This document shows, in pieces, positions 1-11,823 of a stretch of DNA of 64,000 nt. Each line of letters begins with the position of its first letter. Positions within the stretch are counted from its first letter, which is position 1. Origin of the DNA: Haliotis rufescens. Taxonomy: Eukaryota. A model generated the notes under the pieces. It was not told the DNA's origin and did no database searches. It saw nothing but the letters and a program-made list of their open reading frames with translations. The translations under genes were made by a program, and so were the position numbers. The stretch is taken from the NCBI RefSeq assembly GCF_023055435.1, contig NW_025964046.1, positions 2,604,001 to 2,668,000 of the forward strand, in the 5' to 3' direction.

Positions 1-72
1 GGATATGACAGAACCAGATGATTTATACTACACAAAAAGGGTTTTAGAACAGTGACTTATTTTACATTCAAC

Positions 73-2643
73 CTATACTGCTTGTGTCAGAATTCTGTCC
101 CTTACATGGACCCATACATCACTTTGAGGATCAGGAAAGTCATGTAGTTGGATGATATCCTCCTCGTCTGTTACATTCAGCAGCAGTTCAGGTAGTCGAC
201 CACGGTTCACGTTTCCCACCATGAGCAGAATCACTCTGTTAGGGTTGAGGTTGGAAATGTAGTAAGCTGTTGACTTAATGATAAAGTAGGACCAGGGGTC
301 ATCCAGGAAATCGTCGGACACAACAAGTACTGTCTTCCAGCTTTTGTTAATGCTTTCTACAACATGGTCAGCTACGTAAGGACCAGGTAGGAAATCTCTG
401 TGGGGAAGAATAAGCTTCAGTCCAAGTAGATCCTCCAGTCCTATACGTAGATCTTGCATTACAAACTGAAGCTCTTCATCCGAGTGGGCTACGTAAGCAT
501 CTTTGTTGAAGTTTTGTCTAGTGACCCGCTGGATCCCACGACCCATCAGGACCAAAATGTGATGTGCAATCCTTGTCCAGTTCCGTGACACCAGCATGGC
601 AGACACAAGTAGAAGAGCTATTAAACATATCAGTGTTATGGAGACTGGCAGCCAAAATCGACCTTGACATGAAGTCCAGTGGTAATTAAACTCGTTGTAC
701 ACTGTATGGGTTGTTGTAAGAGCACCATATTCAGTAACACATGAATAGTTCCCATTGCTGTCAAAGGTAACCGACGATGCAAATATCCACCTAACAAACA
801 AGAGAGACTGGCATGAGCAGGAGAGAGGGTTTCCCTTCAGCCTCAGGACCAGCTTGTTCTTCTGTCCGAGACTCTCCAACATATCCATTGTGTCATCGTC
901 AAAGTAGGTGATGGAGTTCACTGATAGGTCCAGGATGTGCAGGTCAGGCAGGTCATTGTGTTCAAAAGGAACAGACACAAGGTTATTTCTGGACACATTC
1001 AGACTGATCAGTGTCCTGATGGACCCCATATCCATATACCGTATGTCATTCCCTAATATCTCTAAATAACGTAAAGCATGCATCGTCTTTAGTCCCTCCA
1101 GTACTGAACCTCCTCTTCTGAGTGTTTCCTTGTCGAAACCCATATTGTTCAATGCAAGAGACGTCAGATTTGGAATTGTGAGCAAGAAATCTTTTGTCAT
1201 CCCCCTACCTTCATTGCCAGAAAGATCAACTTCATTTAAGAAGCTCATCCCGTTAATTTGCTTTACAAAGCCCCATGCTCCATTGTAGGACAGATCTAAT
1301 TTTGCTAAATGTGACGAACCTGTAATACCCGTTATAAAAAACTCCCCAAAAGAACCAGTTATTCCCCTGAATATACAGATACGTAGATTAGGAGGAAAAC
1401 GTATTCCCGCCTCAAAGGATTCTAACTTTGATACAGAACAATTTTCGGGACTAATTCTGTGCCTATTAAGATTATAGAGTCCGTTGTCAGTCACTTTAAT
1501 TTGAGATTTTAAACTGCCTTGTCCTAAGTCATACCTGCGTTTAATAAATTTATGTTGATCAGAAGCATCTAAAAACAACAGATGTTTACATAAACTCATC
1601 AGGAGAAATGTAGATTGATCCCCTAAAATATTGTTATTTGATAAATCTAGATATTTAATACAACGTGAAAGGACAAGTATTAAATTTTCGTCAAGGTAAA
1701 TAATGTTGGTATAGCTGAGATCCAGATGTTCGATGCAAATATGTGTCAGATAAATTAGTGTTTCCTTGGTTATAAACTTGCTTTGAAGGTTTCGATTTCG
1801 ACTAACATACCTGTTGGAATTTCTCATGAGAACTTGAGATACGTTTTTACCATTAAGGTCATAGAACGCACGTAGAGCCATAGCAGTTGGTAAGGTCATA
1901 ACGTTTTCCAGAACTATTTTGGAAATATTTTTGAAGGGTAGAAATGCTCCAGCATGAAATGCAAGAAGTTTGGAATCTTTTACATCCAACACCTGAACAG
2001 ATGTATTCTCAAAAACGGAGAATGTGTGGTTTTGTAAAACGGTAATAGCACTGTAAATACAGTCATCATCAGATCCAGTCCCTATATTCAAAGTTACCAG
2101 TTTTTGCAAATACCCAAATCCAACTCCAAATATGTCATGTTGGAACGTATCAATTGTCAGTGTTTCTACGTTTATTAACCATTTGAATATCCAATCCGGA
2201 GTAGTTCCTCTACGTCCTCTCAGTCGGCAGTCGTTGTTACCAATGTTCAACTCTGTAAGACTTTGTAGAGGACGGAAGACATCTTCTGGATAGGTGTGAT
2301 TGTCCAGTTGGAGATTATTGTTATTAAGGCGTAAACTGAGAAGGAGGGATAAACCTTTAAATGCGTTTGCTTCCAACCTTGATACTTGACAGTTTACAAT
2401 GTTCAAATACAACAATCGGGGAAGACACACAAACGCCTGGTCCCTGAGAACCATTATGTTGTTCCCGCTGAGATCCAGACTGACAGAGTTGAGAGGGAGA
2501 TCACCAGGAACAGAGGTAAGGTTGAGGTTCTGACAGTCAACACGGCTACCACCAAGCTGGGGGTCTGGCTTTATTTGACATGTCTTCTGGCTTGTAGAAG
2601 AGGTCACAGTTAGTGTCAGGATAAGGCCACAGATGATCTTCAT
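73..2643 (-). CDS. Toll-like receptor (single cysteine-cluster type), copy 1, intact, 856 aa
   Basis: Signal peptide MKIICGLILTL, LRRNT (C..VDC), many LxxLxLxxN repeats, LRRCT NPLSCSC, TM segment FWLPVSITLICLIALLLVSAMLV, TIR with DAYVAHS and BB-loop RDFLPG; one uninterrupted ORF. Confidence 0.95.
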   Translation of the reverse strand: MKIICGLILTLTVTSSTSQKTCQIKPDPQLGGSRVDCQNLNLTSVPGDLPLNSVSLDLSGNNIMVLRDQAFVCLPRLLYLNIVNCQVSRLEANAFKGLSLLLSLRLNNNNLQLDNHTYPEDVFRPLQSLTELNIGNNDCRLRGRRGTTPDWIFKWLINVETLTIDTFQHDIFGVGFGYLQKLVTLNIGTGSDDDCIYSAITVLQNHTFSVFENTSVQVLDVKDSKLLAFHAGAFLPFKNISKIVLENVMTLPTAMALRAFYDLNGKNVSQVLMRNSNRYVSRNRNLQSKFITKETLIYLTHICIEHLDLSYTNIIYLDENLILVLSRCIKYLDLSNNNILGDQSTFLLMSLCKHLLFLDASDQHKFIKRRYDLGQGSLKSQIKVTDNGLYNLNRHRISPENCSVSKLESFEAGIRFPPNLRICIFRGITGSFGEFFITGITGSSHLAKLDLSYNGAWGFVKQINGMSFLNEVDLSGNEGRGMTKDFLLTIPNLTSLALNNMGFDKETLRRGGSVLEGLKTMHALRYLEILGNDIRYMDMGSIRTLISLNVSRNNLVSVPFEHNDLPDLHILDLSVNSITYFDDDTMDMLESLGQKNKLVLRLKGNPLSCSCQSLLFVRWIFASSVTFDSNGNYSCVTEYGALTTTHTVYNEFNYHWTSCQGRFWLPVSITLICLIALLLVSAMLVSRNWTRIAHHILVLMGRGIQRVTRQNFNKDAYVAHSDEELQFVMQDLRIGLEDLLGLKLILPHRDFLPGPYVADHVVESINKSWKTVLVVSDDFLDDPWSYFIIKSTAYYISNLNPNRVILLMVGNVNRGRLPELLLNVTDEEDIIQLHDFPDPQSDVWVHVRDRILTQAV

Positions 2644-3745
2644 TGTGATGGCAATTTGAATAGATCTCGGTTCTGTTCCGTGTTGCAGTTCTTGATCAGT
2701 TTTAGTTGAAATCTAGAATGTATGAAGAATATATGTAAATAAAAGAATCCGTAAAACATACTTCCCTACCTGCAAGCACATTGGAGTGATTGATTGATTG
2801 AGTGAGTGTGTTAAAATGGTAGTTTATCGGCCATATAATGGCTAGAATAAGGTATTTAAGAGCATTAAACGCTTTGAAAATTATAATACAGTATATAATA
2901 TTAAACCAGGCTATAGATAACCAGGAAAAAAGGAAGATCACCGTACGAGGGACCATTTTTTTTATGGTTATTCAACCCCTAACGACGATGCAGCCCCTTA
3001 CAATTTTCGTTAATGACATAATTTACTAATTGGTAAACAATGCACTGTACTTCCTGTTAAAACAAAGAAATGATTAAATGGTAGCTTAAATTTGTAAAAG
3101 GGTACTGATTGATCATGCGTTGAGATACGAATCCCTTGTGGTGGACAAATCAAGATAGTCAAGCAAGCCATGCTTTACTGTGATTTCTTCATTTACACTG
3201 TCATCATCATCTTCGCCTAAATCCAACGACCCCAGTTTTCATAATGATATAAGAATTACTTAAAAAGAGGATATGCTGATTATTGTTCTAATTAAAATCC
3301 TCGAAGCTTTTTTTTTTAGTCTTACAAAGCTCAAATTTGGTTTCTAATAAAACAGACTCAGCTATGTTAGAAAATACTAGTTAAGCGAAAGTAACAATGT
3401 TTTGTATTTAACATGTTCTACCTGATTTTTCTATAAAAGATTTGTGTCATAACAATATTTATGAACGAAATTATGCCAATGAATACAACTTCTTATGTTA
3501 GACTGGCTTACAAAGCAGGAGCTTATGTTGAAACTGCGTTTGGGAATGTAATTGACATTGTCCAATGCGGGCGAAATCTCTTTGCTTGGCTGGCCACCCA
3601 TTCATATCTATCAGGTTACAGCGAGTGCACCTTCGAAGCTTATATTAGGTTATGTTAACAAAGGCCGTCGAGTCTATTCTCCTACCTTTTTTATGTCATG
3701 TTGGTAAGATTCGGTGACCGACGTATTGTCTCTTAAACGGATACT

Positions 3746-3864
3746 TGCTTGATAAAGGTGTTAGGATCTACACCGAAACGTCGCACTAATTGTAATAAAG
3801 AAGTTGTTCATCCATAGAACTCGTCTTACTTCATCACTCCAACTTCTAAATGCCACTCAAAGAA
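3746..3864 (+). mobile_element. 119-bp Penelope-like retroelement remnant with a minimal hammerhead-like motif
   Basis: Absent from the paralogous site 10860-10875; flanked by GGATACT/GGGTACT; TGC-TTGATAAA-GGTG..CACC-GAAACGTC-GCA then AATAAA. Confidence 0.6.
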
Positions 3865-5233
3865 GGGTACTGTAGTCTGAACGACTCGTTCCACATGTGG
3901 ACATTTTGTGATATGAGCTCGAGATCATTGACAATATATTGTAATTACAGATAAGGCAAGACGACTTGTGACAGTAAACTTACACATACTCTCCAAAAGT
4001 AGGACAAATTCCAACAGTGAATATCCTATAATTATGTAAGACAATATGTTGCACTTCATTTGAATGGGTTTTGAAAACTCATTGCCAGTGTCATCGTAAG
4101 AAAATATTGTGAATCTGTTATTATGTCCTTAAGAATTTGGAACAAAAATAACTTATATTTTGACATCATTTCTAATTTCCTCATGTTTTTAAAAAAAAAA
4201 ATAATCCTTTCACCGTATTTTCAACAAACAATAAATCATGTCATAATAACTGGAAATTATGCAAGAAGGACATGGATGGTTGGACTCAACAATTTCAATG
4301 TTGGAAATTATAAGATGTATATCACGGCGGGAATAAAGTAGAGAAATACTTCTTGAAACTATGCTTTTTTCTCTATTATTTTGTGTGTGAAATTTTTTGT
4401 TGGTATATTTGAAGCAAAAATATTTGATTTCCAAGCAGTCGCCTGAGATGATTAACAGTGTTGGAGTACACTCCCCTTATTGCCTCATTCAGGGTAGCAT
4501 ATTAAGACATCGTGAACGCTCGCAAGTTGGCCATATAAAAAAGGTTTGATGATCAAATCACAGATTCTGTAAGTCCACATTGTTGCATGAAAGGTTGAAG
4601 TTCCTCCGGTATACATATGAGCTAGATAAAACACTTCATGGTTTGGGTTGGAATAACAGTAAAACCAATTACCAGGGATCATGTAAGTCCTCGTTATTTC
4701 TTACTTCCGTGTGAAAAATCAGTATCGGACTCTATAAGGACAAATACTTGTAACACACTTAACATAACGATTCTTTCAATAGGCGTACCTGCTACGACGT
4801 TTCTCACAAGGAATAAACAAAGCCCTTACCCCTCTCGTGTCCTGATTGAGGCTGGTTGATAAACATTTCCAAACCCAATGCTAGTGACATCCTGCTGCAC
4901 ATAGGACACATACTGATTCTTCGGATAGTGTGTATAACATAACATTTGCTTCAATAGACGTTCCTGCTCTCATGCTCATCGATTTTGGGTGACCTTGGTT
5001 ATGTGCGACTGGTGTATAAATACTTGTGCGTTGATGTGTGTACAATGTACATATATTGCGAGGGCTGAGTAATCTCAAAGCATAGGATTTTGTAAGACGT
5101 GGGTGTGGCACATATTGCACATGATGAAACTAACCTTCAGTGAATGTATGTGTTTACACAAGGGCGCCGTATTCTGGCTGTTTGTGTGTGCGCGTCATAA
5201 GACCATTTCAGCTGAGGGCAGTTGAGCGGTCAT

Positions 5234-5827
5234 GCAAGTATTTCAACAACATGTGGTGGGACGGGTATTTCAACAACCTGTGGTCGGACGAGTATTTCAA
5301 CAACAGGGGGTCAGACGTATATTTCAACAACAGGGGCTCAGACATAAATTTCAACAACAGGGGGTCAGACGTATATTTCAACAACAGGGGATTGGACGAG
5401 TGTTTCAACAATAGGTGGTCAGACGTATATTTCACCAACAGGGGGTCAGACGTATATTTCAACAACAGGGGGTCTGACGTATATTTCAACAACAGGGGAT
5501 CGGACGAGTGTTTCAACAACATGGGGTCAGACGTATATTTCACCAAAAGGGGGTCAGACGTATATTTCATCAACAGGGGGTCAGACGTATATTTCAACAA
5601 CAGGGGATCGGACGAGTGTTTCAACAACAGGGGGTCAGACGTATATTTCACAAACAGGGGCTCAGACGTATATTTCAACAACAGGGGGTCAGACGTATAT
5701 TTCAACAACAGGGGGTCAGACGTTTATTTCAAAAACAGGTGGGTCAGACGTATATTTCAACAACAGGGGGTCAGACGTATGTTTCAACAACAGGGTGTCA
5801 GACGAGTATTTCAACAACATTGGGACG
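5234..5827. repeat. 27-bp minisatellite array 1 (TCAGACGTATATTTCAACAACAGGGGG)
   Basis: Direct tandem units; translate as (SDVYFNNRG)n. Confidence 0.95.
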
Positions 5828-6828
5828 TGTAAGGATCGCAATAAATTTCCATGTCAAATCATTCAAGATCAAAAGTTTTTATTCACATTCTCATTTCCAT
5901 TCTCATTCTCAATTGTACATACATAGTTCATGTTCAAATATGGGGGCGGTCGGGTAGCCTAGTGGTTAAAGCGTTCGCTCGTCACGCCGAAGACCCGGGT
6001 TCGATTCCCGACATGGGTACAATGTGTGAAGCCCATTTCTGGTGTCCCCCGCCGTGATATTGCTGGAATATTGCTAAAAGCGGCGTAAAACCATACTCAC
6101 TCACTCACTCACTCATGTTCAAATAAAGTTCATAATATGTATCACATCTTATCATCATCAATTATCAACAAATACACAAAACCTTATCCTCGTTGGAGTT
6201 GGAAGATTAACTGCACAGGAAAACTAAACAATAATAAGTTTGCAGTTCAATATGTAAATAAAACAATAACAATGTATGAAAATTACTGAAACAACAAAAG
6301 TTGACAAAAGACATTAAACTGTACCAAAATAACTACAAGAGCATTTGCACAGAAAGAAAATGCATAATATAATGTTATATGATGTAATTTAAATTGAAAA
6401 TACTTGATGAAAATACAACTTTACTAGAATGTAAACATTAGTGATTGAAAACTGAACACATTATCTTTACGTCAGAAAAAAAAGTTACAAATACAACATT
6501 TTGGGAATTAAAATTGCTACAGAAATATATTGACAATGGAAAAGAAATACAAATGCATGAAAACACACCATTTTGGCAGACCCATATTCTTTTAATTCAT
6601 TCTTTTCTTATTTTTGACCGCATGGGTCCTAATTCTCTCAATGCATAAACTAAAAAGCATGGCATTAAGCCTTAACAGACTTTCGTCCGTTGGTATCCTG
6701 AAGCATACATAAAATAACACTCTTTTTACTGTTAAATTTGGAATGAAAATTGAAGAAAATTTTAAACTTTAATAATTTGAAAAAAATTAAAGAAATTATT
6801 TTAGAGATGCTATTTTTTTACCGTAACA
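5828..6828. mobile_element. Solo-LTR-like TGT...ACA element with 5-bp TSD GGACG, containing a nested SINE
   Basis: GGACG|TGTAAGG ... CCGTAACA|GGACG; removing it restores a minisatellite unit. Confidence 0.7.
5941..6112 (+). mobile_element. tRNA-Asp-derived SINE with (ACTC)n tail and 13-bp TSD
   Basis: A box TAGCCTAGTGG, B box GGTTCGATTCC, GTCACGC anticodon-like loop, TSD TCATGTTCAAATA at 5928-5940 and 6113-6125. Confidence 0.85.
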
Positions 6829-6955
6829 GGACGAGTATTTCCACAACATGTGGTGGGACGAGTATTTCAACAACAGGGGGGTCAGATGAGATGAGTATTT
6901 CAACAATATGTGGTGGGACGAGTATTTCAACAACATGTGTTTGGACGAGTATTTC
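6829..6955. repeat. Distal degenerate part of the 27-bp array (also ~15734-15920, 28773-28903, 39262-39390, 48860-49010)
   Basis: GGACGAGTATTTCAACAACATGTG units resume right after the TGT...ACA insertion. Confidence 0.8.
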
Positions 6956-7218
6956 GGGGCACTCAACCATCAGATTCTATCTTTCTGGCAACACAGGGAT
7001 GCAACCTTCGGCAAACAGGTTGCCCAATTTAGCCATCTCTTTCAACCAGCAGGTGGATAAAAGGGGCAACCCCCGACCCTGGGTCCCCACGGGCAAAGTG
7101 TATGAGTACATTTCATGAAGTAACTGTTCAAACAAATAACATTGTTCGGATATGACAGAACCAGATGATTTATACTACACAAAAAGGGTTTTAGTCAGTG
7201 ACATATTTTGCATTCAAC

Positions 7219-9770
7219 CTATACTGCTTGTGTCAGAATTCTGTCCCTTACATGGACCCATACATCACTGTGAGGATCAGGGAAGTCATCAAGTTGGATG
7301 ATATCCTCCTCGTCAGTTACATTCAGCAGCAGTTCAGGAAGTCGACCACGGTTCACGTTTCCCACCATGAGCAGAATCACTCTGTTAGGGTTGAGGTTGG
7401 AAATGTAGTAAGCTGTTGACTTAATGATAAAGTAGGACCAGGGGTCATCCAGGAAATCGTCGGACACAACCAGTACTGTCTTCCAGCTTTTGTTAATGCT
7501 TTCTACAACATGGTCAGCTACGTAAGGACCAGGTAGGAAATCTCTGTCGGGAAGAATAAGCTTCAGTCCAAGTAGATCCTCCAGTCCTATACGTAGATCT
7601 TGCATTACAAACTGAAGCTCTTCATCCGAGTGGGCTACGTAAGCATCTTTGTTGAAGTTTTGTCTAGTGACCCGCTGGATCCCACGACCCATCAGGACCA
7701 AAATGTGATGTGCAATCCTTGTCCAGTTCCGTGACACCAGCATGGCAGACACAAGTAGAAGAGCTATTAAACATATCAGTGTTATGGAGACTGGCAGCCA
7801 AAATCGACCTTGACATGAAGTCCAGTGGTAATTAAACTCGTTGTACACTGTGTGGGTTGTTGTAAGAGCACCATATTCAGTAACACATGAATAGTTCCCA
7901 TTGCCGTCAAATGCTGAAAATATCCACCGAACAAACAAGAGAGACTGGCATGAGCAGGAGAGAGGGTTTCCCTTCAGCCTCAGGACCAGCTTGTTCTTCT
8001 GTCCGAGACTCTCCAACATATCCATTGTGTCATCGTCAAAGTAGGTGATGGAGTTCACTGTTAGGTCCAGGATGTGCAGGTCAGGCAGGTCATTGTGTTC
8101 AAAAGGAACAGACACAAGGTTATTTCTGGACACATTCAGACTGATCAGTGTCCTGATGGACCCCATATCCATATACCGTATGTCATTCCCTACTATCTCT
8201 AAATAACGTAAAGCATGCATCGTCTTTAGTCCCTCCAGTACTGACCCTCCTCTTCTGAGTGTTTCCTTGTCGAAACCCATATTGTTCAATGCAAGAGACG
8301 TCATATTTGGAAATGAGAGCAAGAAATCTTTGTCATCCCCCTACCTTCATTGCCGGAAAGATCGACTTCATTTAAGAAGCTCAACCCGTTAATTTGCTTT
8401 ACAAAGCCCCATGCTCCATTGTAGGACAGATCTAATTTTGCTAAATGTGACGAACCTGTAACACCCGTTATGAAAAACCTCCCCAGGCGAGTAAACGTTC
8501 CCCTCAACATACAGATACGTAGATTAGGAGGAACACGTATTCCCGCCCCTACTGATTCTAACTTTGATACAGAACTATGTTCTGAAACAGCCATGTGCCT
8601 GGTAAGACTATGAAGTCTGTTTTGAGTCACTTTTAACTTAGGGTCAAGATTGCCTTCTCCTGAGTTATACATGTGGCTGTTGAATTTGTATTGGTCAGAT
8701 AAATCTAAAAAAAAAAGATTTTTACATACACTCATTCGGAAAAATGTAAATGGATCCCCTAAAATATTGTTGTTTGATAAATCTAGATATTTAATACAAC
8801 GCGAAAGGAGAAGTATAAAATTTTCGTCAAGGTAAATAATGTGGCTATTGCTGAGATCCAGATGTTCGATGCAAATATGTGTCAGATAAATTAGTGTTTC
8901 CTTGGTTATAAGCTGGCTTCGAAGGTTTCGATTTCGACTGACATACCTGTTGGAATTTCTCATGAGAACTTGAGATACGTTTTTACCATTAAGGCCATAG
9001 AACGCACGTAGAGCCATAGCAGTTGGTAAGGTCTTAACGTTTTCCAGAACTATTTTGGAAATATATTTGAAGGGTAGAAATGCTCCAGCATGAATTGCAA
9101 GAAGTTTGGAATCTTTTACATTCAGCACCTGTACAGATGTATTCTCAAAAACGGAGAATGTGTGGTTTTGTAAAACGGTAATAGCAAAATAAATACAGTC
9201 ATCATCAGATTCAGTCCCTATATTCAAAGTTACCAGTTTTTGGAAATACCCAAATCCACTTCCAAATATGTCATGTTGGAACGTATCAATTGTCAGTGTT
9301 TCTAAATTTATTAACCATTTGAATATCCAATCCGGAGTAGTTCCTCTTATACGGCAGTCGTTGTTACCAATGTTCAACCCTGTAAGACTTTGTAGAGGAC
9401 GGAAGACATCTTCTGGATAGGTGTGATTGTCCAGTTGGAGATTATTGTTATTAAGGCGTAAACTGAGAAGGAGGGATAAACCTTTAAATGCGTTTGCTTC
9501 CAACCGTGATACTTGACTGTTTACAATGTTCAAATACATCAATCTGGGAAGACGCACAAACGCCTGGTCCCTGAGAACTGTTATGTTGTTCCCGCTGAGA
9601 TCCAGACTGACAGTGTTGGGAGGGAGATCACCAGGAACAGAGGTAAGGTTGAGGTTCTGACAGTCAACACGGCTGCCACCAAGCTGGGGGTCTGGCTTTA
9701 TTTGACATGTCTTCTGGCTTGTAGAAGAGGTCACAGTTAGTGTCAGAATAAGGCTACAGATGATCTTCAT
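7219..9770 (-). pseudogene. Toll-like receptor copy 2, frameshifted (489 aa N-part plus 367 aa C-part)
   Basis: Colinear with copy 1. AAATCTTTGTCAT at 8324-8336 has T3 where the other copies have T4. Also a 3-codon deletion in LRRCT near 7910. Confidence 0.85.
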
Positions 9771-11823
9771 TGTGATGGCAATTTGAATAGATCTCGGTTC
9801 TGTTCCGTGTTGCAGTTCTTGATCAGTTTTAGTTGAAATCTAGAATGTATGAAGAATATATGTAAATAAAAGAATCCGTAAAACATACTTCCCTACCTGC
9901 AAGCACATTGGAGTGATTGATTGATTGAGTGAGTGTGTTAAAATGGTAGTGTATCGGCCATATAATGGCTAGAATAAGGTATTAAAGAGTATTAAACGCT
10001 TTGAATATTATTAGACAGTATATAATATTAAACCAGTTTATAGATAACCAGGAAAAAAGGAAGATCACCGTACGAGGGACCATTTTTTATGCTAATTCAA
10101 CCCCTAACGACGATGCAGCCACTAACAATTTTCGTTTATGACATAATTTACTAATTGTTAAACAATGCACTGCACTTCCTGTTAAAACAAAGAAATGATT
10201 AAGTGGTAGCTTAAATTTGTAAAAGGGTACTGATTGATCATGCGTTGAGATACGAATCCCTTGTGGTGGACAAATCAAGATAGTCAAGCAAGCCATGCTT
10301 TACTGTGATTTCTTCATCTAGACTGTCATCATCATCTTCGCCTAAATCCAACGACCCCAGTTTTCATAATGATATAAGAATTACTTAAAAAGAGGATATG
10401 CTGATTATTGTTCTAATTAAAATCCTCGAAGCTTTATTTTTTAGTCTTACAAAGCTCAAATTTGGTTTCTAAAAATACAGACTCAGCTATGTTAGAAAAT
10501 ACTAGTTAAGCGAAAGTAACAGTGTTTTGTATTTAACATGTTCTACCTGATTTTTCTATAAAAGATTTGTGTCATAACAATATTTATGAACGAAATTATG
10601 CCACTGAATACAACTTCTTATGGTAGACTGGCTTACAAAGCAGGAGCTTATGTTGAAACTACGTTTGGGAATGAATTGGGCATTGTCCAATGCGGGCGAA
10701 ATCTATTCGCTTGGCTTGCCACCCATTCATATCTATCAGGTTACAGCGAGTGCATCTTCGAAGCCTTAATTAGGTTTTGTTAACAAAGACTGTCGAGTCT
10801 ATTCTCCTACCTTTTTTATGTCATGTTGGTAAGATTCGATGACTGACGTATTGTCTCTTAAACGGGTACTGTAGTCTCAACGACTCGTTCCACATGTGGA
10901 CATTTTGTGATATGAGCTCGAGATCATTGACAATATATTGTAATTACAGATAAGGCAAGACAACTGGTGACAGTAAACTTACACATACTCTCCAAAAGAA
11001 GTGCACATTCCAACAGTGAATAACCTATATTTTGACATCATTTCTAATATACTCATGGTTTTTTTTAAAAATAATCCATTCACCGTATTTTCAACAAACA
11101 ATAAATCATGTCATAATAACTGGATATTATGCAAGAAGGACATGGATGGTTGGACTCAACATTTTCAATGTTGGAAATTATAAGATGTATATCACGGCGG
11201 GAATAAAGTAGAGAAATACTTCTGGAAAATATGCTTCATTGTTTGGGTTGGAATAACAGTAAAACCAATTACCAGGGATCGTGTTCGTCCTCGTTATTTC
11301 TGACTCCCGTGTGTAAAATCAGTATCGGACTCTATAAGGACAAATATTTTTAACACACTTAACATAACGATTCTTTCAATAGGCGTACCTGCTACGACGT
11401 TTCTCACAAGAAATAAACAAAGCCCTTACCCCTCTCGTGTCCTGGTTGAGGCTGGTTGATAAACATTCCCAAACCCAATGCTAGTGACATCCTGCTGCAC
11501 ATAGGACACATACTGATTCTTCGGGTAGTGTGTATCACATAACATTTGCTTCAATAGACGTTCCTGCTCTCCGCGTTGGGTGACCTTGGTTATGTGCGAC
11601 CGGTGTATAAATACTTGTGCGTTGATGTGTGTACAATGTACATATATTGCGAGGGCTGAGTCATCTCAAAGCATAGGATTTTGTAAGAGGTGGGTGTGGC
11701 ACATATTGCACTTGATGAAACTAACCTTCAGTGAATGTATGTGTTTACAGAAGGGCGCCGTATTCTGTCTGTTTGTGTGAGCGCGTCATAAAACCTTTTC
11801 AGCTGAGGGCAGTTGAGGGGGCA

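Noticed and set aside
2386-2613. Conserved 75-aa + strand ORF in each cassette
   Set aside because: Antisense shadow of the TLR coding sequence with a non-ATG start
3461-3658. 65-aa ORF shared by cassettes 1 and 2
   Set aside because: Stopped or truncated in cassettes 3-5; sharing reflects recent duplication and no domain is recognised
5941-6020. tRNA-Asp gene
   Set aside because: Acceptor and anticodon stems are imperfect; it continues into a SINE body with an (ACTC)n tail and TSD
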